Below are positions 8,802 through 17,890 of a DNA stretch of 64,000 nucleotides, piece after piece. Made by a program: the position numbers and the translations under genes. Position 1 is the stretch's first letter; each line of letters starts with the position of its first letter. The DNA lies in contig CAYRGC010000004.1 of assembly GCA_964423795.1 (NCBI GenBank), positions 1,032 through 65,031 of the forward strand, read 5' to 3'. The stretch comes from an uncultured Candidatus Peribacteria bacterium (lineage in GTDB: Bacteria; Patescibacteriota; Gracilibacteria; Peribacterales; Peribacteraceae). The notes below the pieces were generated by a model. It was not told the DNA's origin, made no database searches, and saw nothing but the letters and a program-made list of their open reading frames with translations.

Positions 8802-9371
8802 TTACGCCTGCTCCCGGGCTTCCGGGGGCAAAAGGGCCTCCAATTTCTTGAGGGCGCGGAACTTGAGGATGCGGACCGCCCCCTCGGTAAGGCGCAGCAC
8901 GCGGGCAACCTCGTCGTGCGGGAGATCGGCGATGTAGGTGAGCGTGAGAATTTCGCGGTACCGATGCGGCAGCGCCTCGACGGCCGTGCGGACCATGGCG
9001 AGCATGTCGGCGCGACGCACGCGGGAATCGGCGCGGTTGAGCGCGTCGGGATCGGGCATCTCCTCCGGCACCTCCTCCGTCTGCCGCTGCTGGCGGTAGG
9101 CGTCGATGATCGCGTGGCGCGCGATGCGAAACAGCCACGCGGCGAACGGCACGCCGCCCTGCGGCTTATAGGTGTGCAGCTTCTCCCAGACTTTCACGAA
9201 CACGTCGGCGACGAGATCCTCCACGAGTTCCGGCTGCACGCGGAAGGACGTGTAGCGGTACACGGCGGGGAAGAAATGATCATAGATCTTCTCGAACGAC
9301 TGCGTGTCGCCGCGCTGCGCACGCACCACGTACGCCTGGAGTATCGTTTCCTCGATGGGAGAAGCGGACAT
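8802..9371 (-). CDS. RNA polymerase sigma factor, ECF (sigma-70 group 4)
   Basis: 189 aa. Region 2 is FFPAVYRYTSFRV...DLVADVFVKVWE. The region 4 HTH is YREILTLTYIADLPHDEVARVLRLTEGAVRILKFRALKKL. Confidence 0.9.
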   Translation of the reverse strand: MSASPIEETILQAYVVRAQRGDTQSFEKIYDHFFPAVYRYTSFRVQPELVEDLVADVFVKVWEKLHTYKPQGGVPFAAWLFRIARHAIIDAYRQQRQTEEVPEEMPDPDALNRADSRVRRADMLAMVRTAVEALPHRYREILTLTYIADLPHDEVARVLRLTEGAVRILKFRALKKLEALLPPEAREQA

Positions 9372-9465
9372 TGGAGAGCCCGGAGTATAACAAAACCCAC
9401 GTGACCGATCACGGGAAAAATGGTAGAATTTCTCTCAGCTCAGAGAAAACACTACCCCCGCCGCC

Positions 9466-10275
9466 ATGACGAAATCGTTCGAGATCCCCCATGAAAATCA
9501 GGAGACGCCGACTGCGTCCCCCACTTTGCTCGATACCCTCGATACGCCGTCCCCCGACCAGGCGAAAGACGCGGAAGCGCTCGCCGCCTGCGCGTCGGCC
9601 CCCGCGAGCGCCGCGGCGCTCGCGAAGGATCATCCCCTGTACGCCGCCTTCCTCGTGCTGCGTGGCACGCGGCTCATGGATGAACTGCGCCTGAAGACCG
9701 GCCGCAAGCTGGGAATCTTCGCGTCGCGCCCCGCGCTGGGCGAAGCGGCAGCGATCGGGCGCGGCGTCAAAGCACTACGCAACGCGCTCGGGGAACTGCA
9801 CAAAAACGAGCGCACCCAGGCGGGCACCGACGAGAAGGGCGTGGACGCGAACATGCTCCTCTACCGATCCATCGTCTCGGGTCCGCTCTCGACGCCGGGA
9901 TCGGCGAGCCTCACGAGACTCTCCGCGGACGCCGAGATGAGCCTGCGATACGCGACCCTGGCCCTCACGAAGACGCCGGAGTACCGGCTGCGCGAATTCC
10001 TCGATCGTTCGCTCCTCCCCATTCCGGAAGCGAACGGCAATACCTACAAGAACTACGCCCCGGACGATCCGGCACTCGTGCGAGCGGCGGATGCCGCCAA
10101 CGTGCTCTCCCGCACGCAGAAGGCGTGGACGGAGGCGAACAAAGACGATGCGTTCGGCAAGCAGCTGGGCGGCGATTTTGACCTGAACCAGAGCGTGTGG
10201 ACCGCCTCGCAAGCTGTCCTGGACCGCGACAGTTCCCACACCCCCGTGAAAAAGCACCTGCGCAAAAACGTGTAA
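9466..10275 (+). CDS. hypothetical protein
   Basis: 269-aa ORF divergent from the sigma gene, with no recognisable motif. The N-terminus is low-complexity and acidic. Confidence 0.5.
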   Translation: MTKSFEIPHENQETPTASPTLLDTLDTPSPDQAKDAEALAACASAPASAAALAKDHPLYAAFLVLRGTRLMDELRLKTGRKLGIFASRPALGEAAAIGRGVKALRNALGELHKNERTQAGTDEKGVDANMLLYRSIVSGPLSTPGSASLTRLSADAEMSLRYATLALTKTPEYRLREFLDRSLLPIPEANGNTYKNYAPDDPALVRAADAANVLSRTQKAWTEANKDDAFGKQLGGDFDLNQSVWTASQAVLDRDSSHTPVKKHLRKNV

Positions 10276-10287
10276 CCACTCGACTGC

Positions 10288-12093
10288 TCACTCCCACTCG
10301 ATCGTCCCCGGCGGTTTGTTCGTGAGATCAAGGAACACGAGGTCGATGCCCGGGATGCTCCGGATCTCCTCCGTCATGCGCGCGAGGGTCTGTTGCGGCA
10401 AGACGAAGGCATTGGCCGTCATGGCGTCCGTGGAACTGATGGGCCGCAGCACGACCGACTGGCCCCCCTTCCCCGTGCCGAACGGCACGAGCACGACGGG
10501 GAACTGCCAGATCGCGTCGCCGAGGCCGTCCTCGCGCATGACGCGCTGCGCCCTGTCGTCGGCTTCGCGCAAAAGGTCGGCGCGCCCGCGCGTGAGGTAT
10601 CCGGGACTGAAGACGAGTGACGGGACGTCGGAACGCGACGTGCAGAGCAGCACCCGGCTGATCTCGCGGTCGCGGTTCGGGATCTCGGTCGCGAGCTTGA
10701 GGTGCTCCGGCGTGACCGTCGACGGATCCTTCGCGAAGAGCGCCACGGCGTGACGGTACGTGCGGCCGTCGCCCTGCACGCCCACGGACTTCACCGGGAG
10801 GATGAGGGAATTGCTGATTGCTGATTGCTGATTCGAAGAATCGAACGGTTTCTCCGCGCAGAGGATACGGACGCCCAATCCCGGACCCGGGAAAGGATGG
10901 CGCCACACGAGCTCGCGCGGGAGACCCAGCTCCTCGCCGAGCGTGCGGACCTCGTCCTTGTAGAGCTCCTTGAGCGGCTCGATCACGAGCCCCTTCTCGA
11001 TGAGCTTCTGGATCATATCGACGCGGTTATGGTGCGTCTTGATATGGTCGGCGTGCTTGGTGCCGCCCGTCTCGATCGTGTCGGGGTAGATCGTGCCCTG
11101 GCCGAGCAGCCAGCCGTCTTCGATCCGGAGATTCATCTCCTCGCTCACGCGCTTCTGCACGGCGAGGAACGTGTCGCCGATCACCTTGCGTTTGGCTTCG
11201 GGCTCGTACACGCCGTCCAGATTGCCGAAGAACTCGTTGGACGCGTCCTCGATCCGGAGATTCTTGATGCCGAGCCGGTCGAACGCGTCGCGAAGAAGCG
11301 ACACCTCGTTCTTCCGCATCAACCCCGTGTCGACCAGGAGACCTTGCACGCGCTCGGGGCCGAGCACCTCGTTGAGCAGCGTGAAGGCGACGGTGGAATC
11401 GACGCCGCCGGAGACGAGCATGAAGACCTTCCGGTCCCCCACCTCCTTCTTCACCTGGCCGCCGATGTGTTCGGCGAAGCTGTCGATGCTCCAGGGAGCG
11501 TGGTCGCAGAGCTTCACGAAGTTCTCGAGGATCGTCATGCCGCCCTCCGTGTGCGTGACCTCGATATGGAACTGGATGCCGAAGATCTTCTTCTCGGGAT
11601 TCGCCATCGCGGCGACGAGCCCGTTCTCCGACGTGAGCGTTTGGATGAATCCCTGCGGTAGCGTCGTGACGGCGTCCCCGTGCGACATCCACGTGGTAAA
11701 CGAGGGAGGCAACGAGGAGAGAACATCCACCGGCACCTTTCGAACCTCTTTCCCCTCTTGAACCTTTCGAACCTCCGTCGGTCCGTACTCCTTCACCGTC
11801 CCGGGCTTCACCTCGCCGCCGAGCGCGTGCGCGAGCCACTGGTGCCCGTAACACAGGCCCAGCACCGGCACGCCGAGATCGAAAATCCCCGGATCGGCCT
11901 GCGGGCTGCCTTTCTCGTACACGCTCTGGGGGCCTCCCGAGAGGATGATGCCCGCGGCGCCCTTGAGCTCCTTCGCCGGCGTCTCCGGGACGCGGATCTC
12001 GGAATAGGCGCCGAGGCGGCGGACGCGGTTCCCGATGAGGTGCGCGTACTGTCCGCCGAAATCGAGGATGACGATGCTTCCGGGGTGGAGCAT
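10288..12093 (-). CDS. guaA: GMP synthase (glutamine-hydrolysing)
   Basis: 601 aa from ATG 12093. It has the GATase motif LGLCYGHQ, the PP-loop SGGVDST and the C-terminal KPPGTIEWE. Two repeat-encoded segments are listed separately. Confidence 0.95.
   Translation of the reverse strand: MLHPGSIVILDFGGQYAHLIGNRVRRLGAYSEIRVPETPAKELKGAAGIILSGGPQSVYEKGSPQADPGIFDLGVPVLGLCYGHQWLAHALGGEVKPGTVKEYGPTEVRKVQEGKEVRKVPVDVLSSLPPSFTTWMSHGDAVTTLPQGFIQTLTSENGLVAAMANPEKKIFGIQFHIEVTHTEGGMTILENFVKLCDHAPWSIDSFAEHIGGQVKKEVGDRKVFMLVSGGVDSTVAFTLLNEVLGPERVQGLLVDTGLMRKNEVSLLRDAFDRLGIKNLRIEDASNEFFGNLDGVYEPEAKRKVIGDTFLAVQKRVSEEMNLRIEDGWLLGQGTIYPDTIETGGTKHADHIKTHHNRVDMIQKLIEKGLVIEPLKELYKDEVRTLGEELGLPRELVWRHPFPGPGLGVRILCAEKPFDSSNQQSAISNSLILPVKSVGVQGDGRTYRHAVALFAKDPSTVTPEHLKLATEIPNRDREISRVLLCTSRSDVPSLVFSPGYLTRGRADLLREADDRAQRVMREDGLGDAIWQFPVVLVPFGTGKGGQSVVLRPISSTDAMTANAFVLPQQTLARMTEEIRSIPGIDLVFLDLTNKPPGTIEWE
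10811..10838. repeat. TTGCTGA heptamer x3 (+ TTCGAAG) inside guaA
   Basis: ttgctga ttgctga ttgctga ttcgaag on the + strand. It encodes SSNQQSAISNS just upstream of the conserved LPVKSVGVQGD motif. Confidence 0.85.
11736..11775. repeat. 9-nt periodic repeat inside guaA (EVRKV ... EVRKV)
   Basis: cctttcgaacctc occurs at 11736-11748 and 11763-11775, a period of 27 nt. The mRNA sense reads TTCGAAAGG TTCAAGAGG GGAAAGAGG TTCGAAAGG and encodes EVRKVQEGKEVRKV. Confidence 0.85.
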
Positions 12094-12165
12094 GCGACTA
12101 CAATAGCGAAAACTGCTCCTTCGCGCTGGAGCGAATTCCCGACATTCGCTACAGTCCCGCACCCC

Positions 12166-13002
12166 ATGAACACATTCTCACGAGACTGCGTGCGGAAGCT
12201 GGAAGAGCTCATCGAACAGAGTGCCAGCATCGATATCCCGGTCGATCTGGCCGAGATGATGGCGGATGACCGGAATTGGGAAGCCGAGCTGCAGAAGAAG
12301 AACGGTCATGCGGAGGTCCTTCGGCGCTGGATCACGCTCGGCTCCGAGATGCAAACCATACGACATCTGAGCGATATCGCGGGGAGCGTAACGGCCAGAG
12401 TGGCGTCCCTGCTCTGGGCGGACGACGCCAACTGCGCCTCCAAAAAGACAGTCCAGAAGGTCTATTCCTCAGCGATCGATGCGTACAAGCAGAACCAGAC
12501 AGGCCTCATGTATCAGGAAAAAGAGCGCGTTGCCGACAGAATATGCGTACTGACCCAGGACGTATTCGCCCTGCAACGTTTCGCAAAGGACCTCAGCCAA
12601 CACCGGGCAGAGGCCGAAGCCGTCCTTTGCCGCACGAACGTGAAGGCCGAAACCGTGGCATCCCTTGTCGCCACGGCGAAGGCATACGAGAAATTGGCGA
12701 ACGCGCGCGACGAACCGCACTCGCGCCGCGAGGAGCTGCTGGCATGGAACAAGGGCATGACCGCCGTGCAGTCACTCCCGGCGGAAATCCAAATCCAGGC
12801 CCTGCACGACCAGAAAACCGGGGACTTTCCCCTCGTGGTCAGCAAGCGCTGCGAAACGGTTCTTCGGGCCTTTCGGCGGACCGAACGCCGGTTGCCGACC
12901 GCGGCGGAACTCGCCACGCGCATCGGCCCGAAGTTCTTTTGTGACGTCGAGGCGCGGAGCTTCGCAAGAACGGCGACGATCGTACGCAAGTACGCGCAGT
13001 AG
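12166..13002 (+). CDS. hypothetical protein (helical, ORFan, lower GC)
   Basis: 278 aa from ATG 12166. The upstream part of the 440-aa track ORF is antisense to guaA. No motif recognised. Confidence 0.5.
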   Translation: MNTFSRDCVRKLEELIEQSASIDIPVDLAEMMADDRNWEAELQKKNGHAEVLRRWITLGSEMQTIRHLSDIAGSVTARVASLLWADDANCASKKTVQKVYSSAIDAYKQNQTGLMYQEKERVADRICVLTQDVFALQRFAKDLSQHRAEAEAVLCRTNVKAETVASLVATAKAYEKLANARDEPHSRREELLAWNKGMTAVQSLPAEIQIQALHDQKTGDFPLVVSKRCETVLRAFRRTERRLPTAAELATRIGPKFFCDVEARSFARTATIVRKYAQ

Positions 13003-13048
13003 CGGATCACGCGCCACCGGCGCGATGCTCAGCCGCCGAGCGCATTCC

Positions 13049-14524
13049 TTACGGCACCGCCGCCGCAAGCAGCCACAGGCTCATGGCCACGGACGCGTCC
13101 TCCCAGCTGTGGAGGAAGAGCCCCGCGATACTCACGCCGAGAAAGGCAAAGAAGACGGCCGGCGCGATCGATCCCGCGACTCGCAACCCGTCACTCGCAA
13201 CGTTTTGCAGCTTCCAAACCATCAACCCCGTCACCGCGATCCAGAGCAGCATCCCCACGATCCCCGCCTCGACGCCGATCTGCAGGTACCAGTTCTCCGG
13301 GAGAAAAGGGCATCGACACGGAACGGGCTTGTCCTGAACCGAGTCGAGGGGCTGCACTTGTGTGCCGCCCACGAAGACGCAGAGCTCCGGACGGTCCTTC
13401 GCCCAGGCGGCGTCGCTGCCCGCGGGAAGCTCCACGCACGCGTCGTTCACGCGGTTGCTTGCCGGACCCGCGGCGCCCAGGCCGGAACCGATGGGGTTTT
13501 TCGCGATGTGCGCGACGGCCGCGAGCGGCTTCTCGATGTGCCCGCGATTGCTCACGCTTCGCAGGACCGCCTGCGGGAAGAGCGTGAACAAGATCGCGGC
13601 GAAGATCGCGAGGAACACGGCGACGATCCAGGCAACCGTCCTACGCAGACTCTTTGGGACGTAGATCCAGAGCGCGAGTGCGCCAATCACAGTCGCAGCG
13701 ACCCACGCCGATCGTGAAAAACTGAGGACGATTCCGAGCGTAAGTACGGAGAGTGCGTACTTCTCGACCTTGCGGTCTTGGGCGCTCGTGAGTTTCCGCA
13801 AGAACGTCGTCAGGACGATCGACCACGGCAAGAGGAGCCAGAGACCAAATTGGTTGGGGCCACTGAGCGTTCCCTGCATCCGACGCAACGCCGAACCGCC
13901 GAGCTGCTGGAAGGCGGCGAGCGGCGCCTCGGGCACGTAGAGCGAGTGGAGATCGGAGTAGCCGAGCGCGCGATAGACTGCGTCGGGCAAAACGTAGATC
14001 CCCAGGCCCAGAATCGTCACGATTGCCCCGGCAACGACAAGAACTTTCGCTGCGGTCTGCCGGAACTCACCCGACCACGGGACGCGGCGCAGGACGAGGA
14101 ACGCGAGCGGCGCGAGGAGGTCGTAGCGGAAGCCGTACAGCGTCGCGGAGAGCGGGAGCGATGCGGTGAGCGAGATCGCGAGCGCAACGATCGCGAAGAG
14201 GCCGATCGCGACGTCGAGGAGATCGAATGGGGATTTGAGGTTTGGGGTTTGGGGTTTGTTCCGGAAAATCTCGACAAAGGCGAGCGCGACGATGACGACG
14301 AGCAGCCCCTCCTTCCACAGCGCGAGCGCACCGAGCGGCGCATGGTCCGGTCCCAGGATCACCTTCGTCGCGACCGTGATCAAAAGCGCATGGAACGGAA
14401 GGAGCGCGAGGAGGACGAGGGCCAGGGATTCCCGGAGTTTCTGGAGCACCGCGGAAGTGTACGACAGAAGGGCAGCATGGCAGAAGGGCATGCCTTCTGC
14501 TTTCTTGCCCTGCGCCTTCTGCAT
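13049..14524 (-). CDS. O-antigen ligase-like (Wzy_C family) integral membrane protein
   Basis: Many TM segments and a Wzy_C-like loop (LSFSRSAWVAATVIGALALW). The start could be the internal Met near 14491. Confidence 0.7.
   Translation of the reverse strand: MQKAQGKKAEGMPFCHAALLSYTSAVLQKLRESLALVLLALLPFHALLITVATKVILGPDHAPLGALALWKEGLLVVIVALAFVEIFRNKPQTPNLKSPFDLLDVAIGLFAIVALAISLTASLPLSATLYGFRYDLLAPLAFLVLRRVPWSGEFRQTAAKVLVVAGAIVTILGLGIYVLPDAVYRALGYSDLHSLYVPEAPLAAFQQLGGSALRRMQGTLSGPNQFGLWLLLPWSIVLTTFLRKLTSAQDRKVEKYALSVLTLGIVLSFSRSAWVAATVIGALALWIYVPKSLRRTVAWIVAVFLAIFAAILFTLFPQAVLRSVSNRGHIEKPLAAVAHIAKNPIGSGLGAAGPASNRVNDACVELPAGSDAAWAKDRPELCVFVGGTQVQPLDSVQDKPVPCRCPFLPENWYLQIGVEAGIVGMLLWIAVTGLMVWKLQNVASDGLRVAGSIAPAVFFAFLGVSIAGLFLHSWEDASVAMSLWLLAAAVP
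14232..14259. repeat. GGTTTGG heptamer array inside the O-antigen-ligase-like gene
   Basis: GATTTGA GGTTTGG GGTTTGG GGTTTGT. It encodes NKPQTPNLKSP in a predicted loop. Confidence 0.85.
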
Positions 14525-15859
14525 TCAGATGCTCACTCTCTCCTCCTCCGTCCGGAACACTTCTCCCTTCTCGAGGACGGCCTCCACGGCATCGATGCAT
14601 TTCGCGCTCACGTCCGTGCCGTAGATCTTCGGGGCCTTGCGCATGGCGGCGTTGTCCCACGCGTACTCGATCAGGGTCTTGATGGCCTTGGCATGGACCG
14701 GCGGGGCGATGAGATTGCCGCCGTTGATGATGGATTCGCTGCGGTCGGAACCGAAGCGGAGCGTGACGCACGGGATGCCCATCGCGTTCATCTCCTCCTG
14801 CATCGAGCCGGAATCTGTCGCGCACACGGCTGCCTTGCTCATCGCCGCGATGACGTCGACGTACTCGGCCCACACGGGCGAGTGGACGAAGTTCGGATGT
14901 GCCTTCGCGAGGGCTTTGACCTCGTCTTTGAGACCAAAACGCTCGAAGGCGAGTTCCGTCTGGATCATGGAGATGAGCAGGACCTTCCTGCCGTCCTTCA
15001 CGAGGCTGACCATCGCGTCATAGATCGCGCGGAAACGCTTCTCGGAGAGGCAATTCTCGCGGCGGTGGATGCAGAAACGGACGAAGTCTCCGTCCCTGAG
15101 CTCGGGATGGCGATCAAACACCTTGGATTCGCCGATGCGCGCCATCGCCTCCTCCGTCGCGTCCACGACGGAATTCCCGACGACGAAGACGCGATCGTCC
15201 GGGAAGCCCTCGCCCTGCAAAAACTCGCGGTCGAGCTCGACTGGCGCCAGGTGGATGCCCGTCGCCGCCTCGGACGCGCGCGTATTGAACTGCTCCGGGT
15301 AGGGCTCGAGGGAACCTCGTTCCCAGTTCTTTCGGTTCTGGAGAAAGGAATGCCAGTCCTTGGGTTCGACATCGGGGCCGAAGCCGAACTCCTTGAACTT
15401 CGGCGTGAGCGTGCGGATGCCGGCCTCGACGTGCACGGACGCGAAGCCGTTGCAGAAGCCCGCGTTGCTCGCGGCCATCGCGGTCGTCGTGTCGCCATGG
15501 ACGTACGGGATCACGATCTTGCCGCGCTTCTTGAGCTCGGCGATCAGCTCGCCGAGGCGCCCGATGATCTGGCTGACCACCTCGTGCATGCTCCCGCGGA
15601 CGTTCAGGTTGAAATCGGGCTCGACCCCGAACTCCTTGAGCATGCCGCCGCTCAGGTTCTCGTCGTAGTGCTGGCCGGTGTGGCCGAGGACGGCGAGATG
15701 CCCCCGCTTCTTCAGTTCCTTGTACAGCGGAACCTGCTTGATGATATCGGGCTTCGTGGCGATCAAAATCAGATGCACGTATTTCTCCGTCTGACCGGCG
15801 AGGTCGTCGAAAAACGTGGGCCTGCGGAAGGTCGTGTGGGACATGGCCCCAGCATACAA
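14525..15859 (-). CDS. UDP-N-acetylglucosamine 2-epimerase family
   Basis: Epimerase_2-type pattern: IATKPDIIKQVPL..., HTGQHYD, YVHGDTTTAMAAS, HVEAGIRT. An alternative start is ATG 15844. Confidence 0.9.
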   Translation of the reverse strand: MYAGAMSHTTFRRPTFFDDLAGQTEKYVHLILIATKPDIIKQVPLYKELKKRGHLAVLGHTGQHYDENLSGGMLKEFGVEPDFNLNVRGSMHEVVSQIIGRLGELIAELKKRGKIVIPYVHGDTTTAMAASNAGFCNGFASVHVEAGIRTLTPKFKEFGFGPDVEPKDWHSFLQNRKNWERGSLEPYPEQFNTRASEAATGIHLAPVELDREFLQGEGFPDDRVFVVGNSVVDATEEAMARIGESKVFDRHPELRDGDFVRFCIHRRENCLSEKRFRAIYDAMVSLVKDGRKVLLISMIQTELAFERFGLKDEVKALAKAHPNFVHSPVWAEYVDVIAAMSKAAVCATDSGSMQEEMNAMGIPCVTLRFGSDRSESIINGGNLIAPPVHAKAIKTLIEYAWDNAAMRKAPKIYGTDVSAKCIDAVEAVLEKGEVFRTEEERVSI

Positions 15860-15916
15860 CGGAACCGCAGCGGGCAGGAGTGAAAACGCGTCCGAACGCA
15901 GTTGATGTTCGCCTTC

Positions 15917-17425
15917 TCAGCGCATCTCTCGGGGCACGGGAATGCCAAGCGCGGTGAGACAAAGAGGAGCGATATCCTTGAGTCCCGTACACTTTTTTAA
16001 GGAAGCCGAATCGGGAAAGGCGTCGGCATGGACGAACGTCTGAACGGGGTTCGTCGTATGACTGGGGCAGACCGTCTCCGTCCCGGGATAGTACATTTGC
16101 TCCGCGTTGCCGTGATCGGCGGTGATGATCCATTCGTAGCCGCACTGCTCGAGAACAGGCAAAATCCGCTCAAGATTCGCATCGACGACTTGGCATGCCT
16201 CCACGACCGCTTCCGGCTTGCCGCCGTGACCGACGAGATCGGGATTGGCGTAGTTGATCACGATGAACTGGTGCTCCCCTTTTTCGACCGCCTTCACGAG
16301 CTCGTCACTGAGCTTTGAAGCGCTCATCGCCGGCGTGTCGGCATAGTTGGTGACCTTGGGCGATTCCACGAGGATACGGTCTTCGCCGGGATACGGCTCG
16401 TGTTCCTGGGCGTTGAAAAAGAACGTGACGTGCGCGAATTTATCGGTCTCTGCGAGCCTCAGTTGCCTGAGACCGGCCTTGGAAACGACCTCGCCGAGAG
16501 TGTTTTGGATCTTCTGCGGGGGGAAAGCTACCGGAAGGTGATCGGAATACGGGCCCATGCACACGACGTCGCGCACGCGTACCGGACGGGGGAATTCACG
16601 GAAATCCTCGGCCTCAAGCGCCCGGACGATCTGGATCATGCGATCGCTGCGGAAATTGACGCAAATGACCACATCCTTCGCCGCGATCGGCTGGTAGTCG
16701 GATGTCTTGAGCGGCCGGATGTAGTAATCGGTCTTTTCCTTGTCCTTCGCTTGGAGATACCAGCGCTTCGCGCCGGCACAGAAGTCGTCCTCCGTCTCGC
16801 CCGCCCCCGCTGTCAGCAGATCGTACGCGACCTTGATGCGATCCTTGTACTGGCGATCTCGGTCCATCGCGTAAAAACGGCCGACGAGCGAAGCAATGGT
16901 GCCGAGTTGCAGCTTGGTCACCTCTTCCCGTAGCAGATTGAAATCCGTGCAAAAGTGCTGCTCGGGGACATCCCGACCGTCACCGAAGAGATGGATGAAT
17001 ACTTGTTGGACTCCTCGCTCTTTGGCGAGTTTGAGCGCTCCATGAAAATGATCGATGGCACTGTGCACGCCCCCGGACGAATAGAGGCCGACGAGATGCA
17101 AAGCGACGCCATCGTTCTTTGCGCGATCACAAGCATCGCAAAGCACGGGATTCCTGAAGAACTCACCCAAGCGAACCGCCCGGCTGATTTCCTCAAGCGG
17201 TTGCCATACCACTCGGCCGGCGCCGATGGTGAGATGGCCCGGCTCGCTCGCGCCCTGTTGACCTTCGGGCAAACCCACGGCGTTGCCGGAAGCCTGCATG
17301 ATCACGTTCGGACATTCCTGTTCCAATCGACGAATCGTGGGCATCAGAGCTTCCTCCCGGGCGTTTCCTTTACCCGCGGGGGCCACGCCGAAACCGTCGA
17401 TGATGATCAAGCAAAGCTTCTTCAT
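15917..17425 (-). CDS. gpmI: 2,3-bisphosphoglycerate-independent phosphoglycerate mutase
   Basis: 502 aa with motifs LIIIDGFG, SSGGVHS and ITADHGNAE. Confidence 0.95.
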   Translation of the reverse strand: MKKLCLIIIDGFGVAPAGKGNAREEALMPTIRRLEQECPNVIMQASGNAVGLPEGQQGASEPGHLTIGAGRVVWQPLEEISRAVRLGEFFRNPVLCDACDRAKNDGVALHLVGLYSSGGVHSAIDHFHGALKLAKERGVQQVFIHLFGDGRDVPEQHFCTDFNLLREEVTKLQLGTIASLVGRFYAMDRDRQYKDRIKVAYDLLTAGAGETEDDFCAGAKRWYLQAKDKEKTDYYIRPLKTSDYQPIAAKDVVICVNFRSDRMIQIVRALEAEDFREFPRPVRVRDVVCMGPYSDHLPVAFPPQKIQNTLGEVVSKAGLRQLRLAETDKFAHVTFFFNAQEHEPYPGEDRILVESPKVTNYADTPAMSASKLSDELVKAVEKGEHQFIVINYANPDLVGHGGKPEAVVEACQVVDANLERILPVLEQCGYEWIITADHGNAEQMYYPGTETVCPSHTTNPVQTFVHADAFPDSASLKKCTGLKDIAPLCLTALGIPVPREMR

Positions 17426-17460
17426 GGCGAAACAGTATCACCGACCATACGCCTCAAGCC

Positions 17461-17880
17461 ATGACGGAGGCGGAGATCTTCCAAAGCCTCGAAGGAAGGT
17501 ATTGTGGCGGATATGGCCTTACGGGCAGAATTCTGCTAGAATACTTCGATATGCGCTTTCCGCTCCACCTCCTCTCGGCCAAACGCTATTTCCATACGCT
17601 GGGTATGGCGGTGCTTGTCAGCTGCCTCATCGTCGGCGTCGCCGCGACGCTCGGCCGCGCCACGCTGAACCTGCACGGCGCCGTCATCCGCAAGCCCGAC
17701 ATCGCGGTGCTCGTCCTCATGGAACAGCGCCACGAGGAGATCGTGGATTCCACCCTCCTCAAGGAGTCCCCGGACCAGCGCGAATACCTCGTCGAGACCA
17801 AGACGGGATCGAAATGGGTCCTGCTCAAAAAGGGAGTCTCCCAGTGGTACATCGCCCAAGTCGAAAATTTGAAGGAGTGA
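17461..17880 (+). CDS. hypothetical membrane-anchored protein
   Basis: One hydrophobic segment (LGMAVLVSCLIVGVAATL). The start is uncertain; the Met at about 17551 is also possible. Confidence 0.4.
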   Translation: MTEAEIFQSLEGRYCGGYGLTGRILLEYFDMRFPLHLLSAKRYFHTLGMAVLVSCLIVGVAATLGRATLNLHGAVIRKPDIAVLVLMEQRHEEIVDSTLLKESPDQREYLVETKTGSKWVLLKKGVSQWYIAQVENLKE

Positions 17881-17890
17881 GGTGTTAAGC

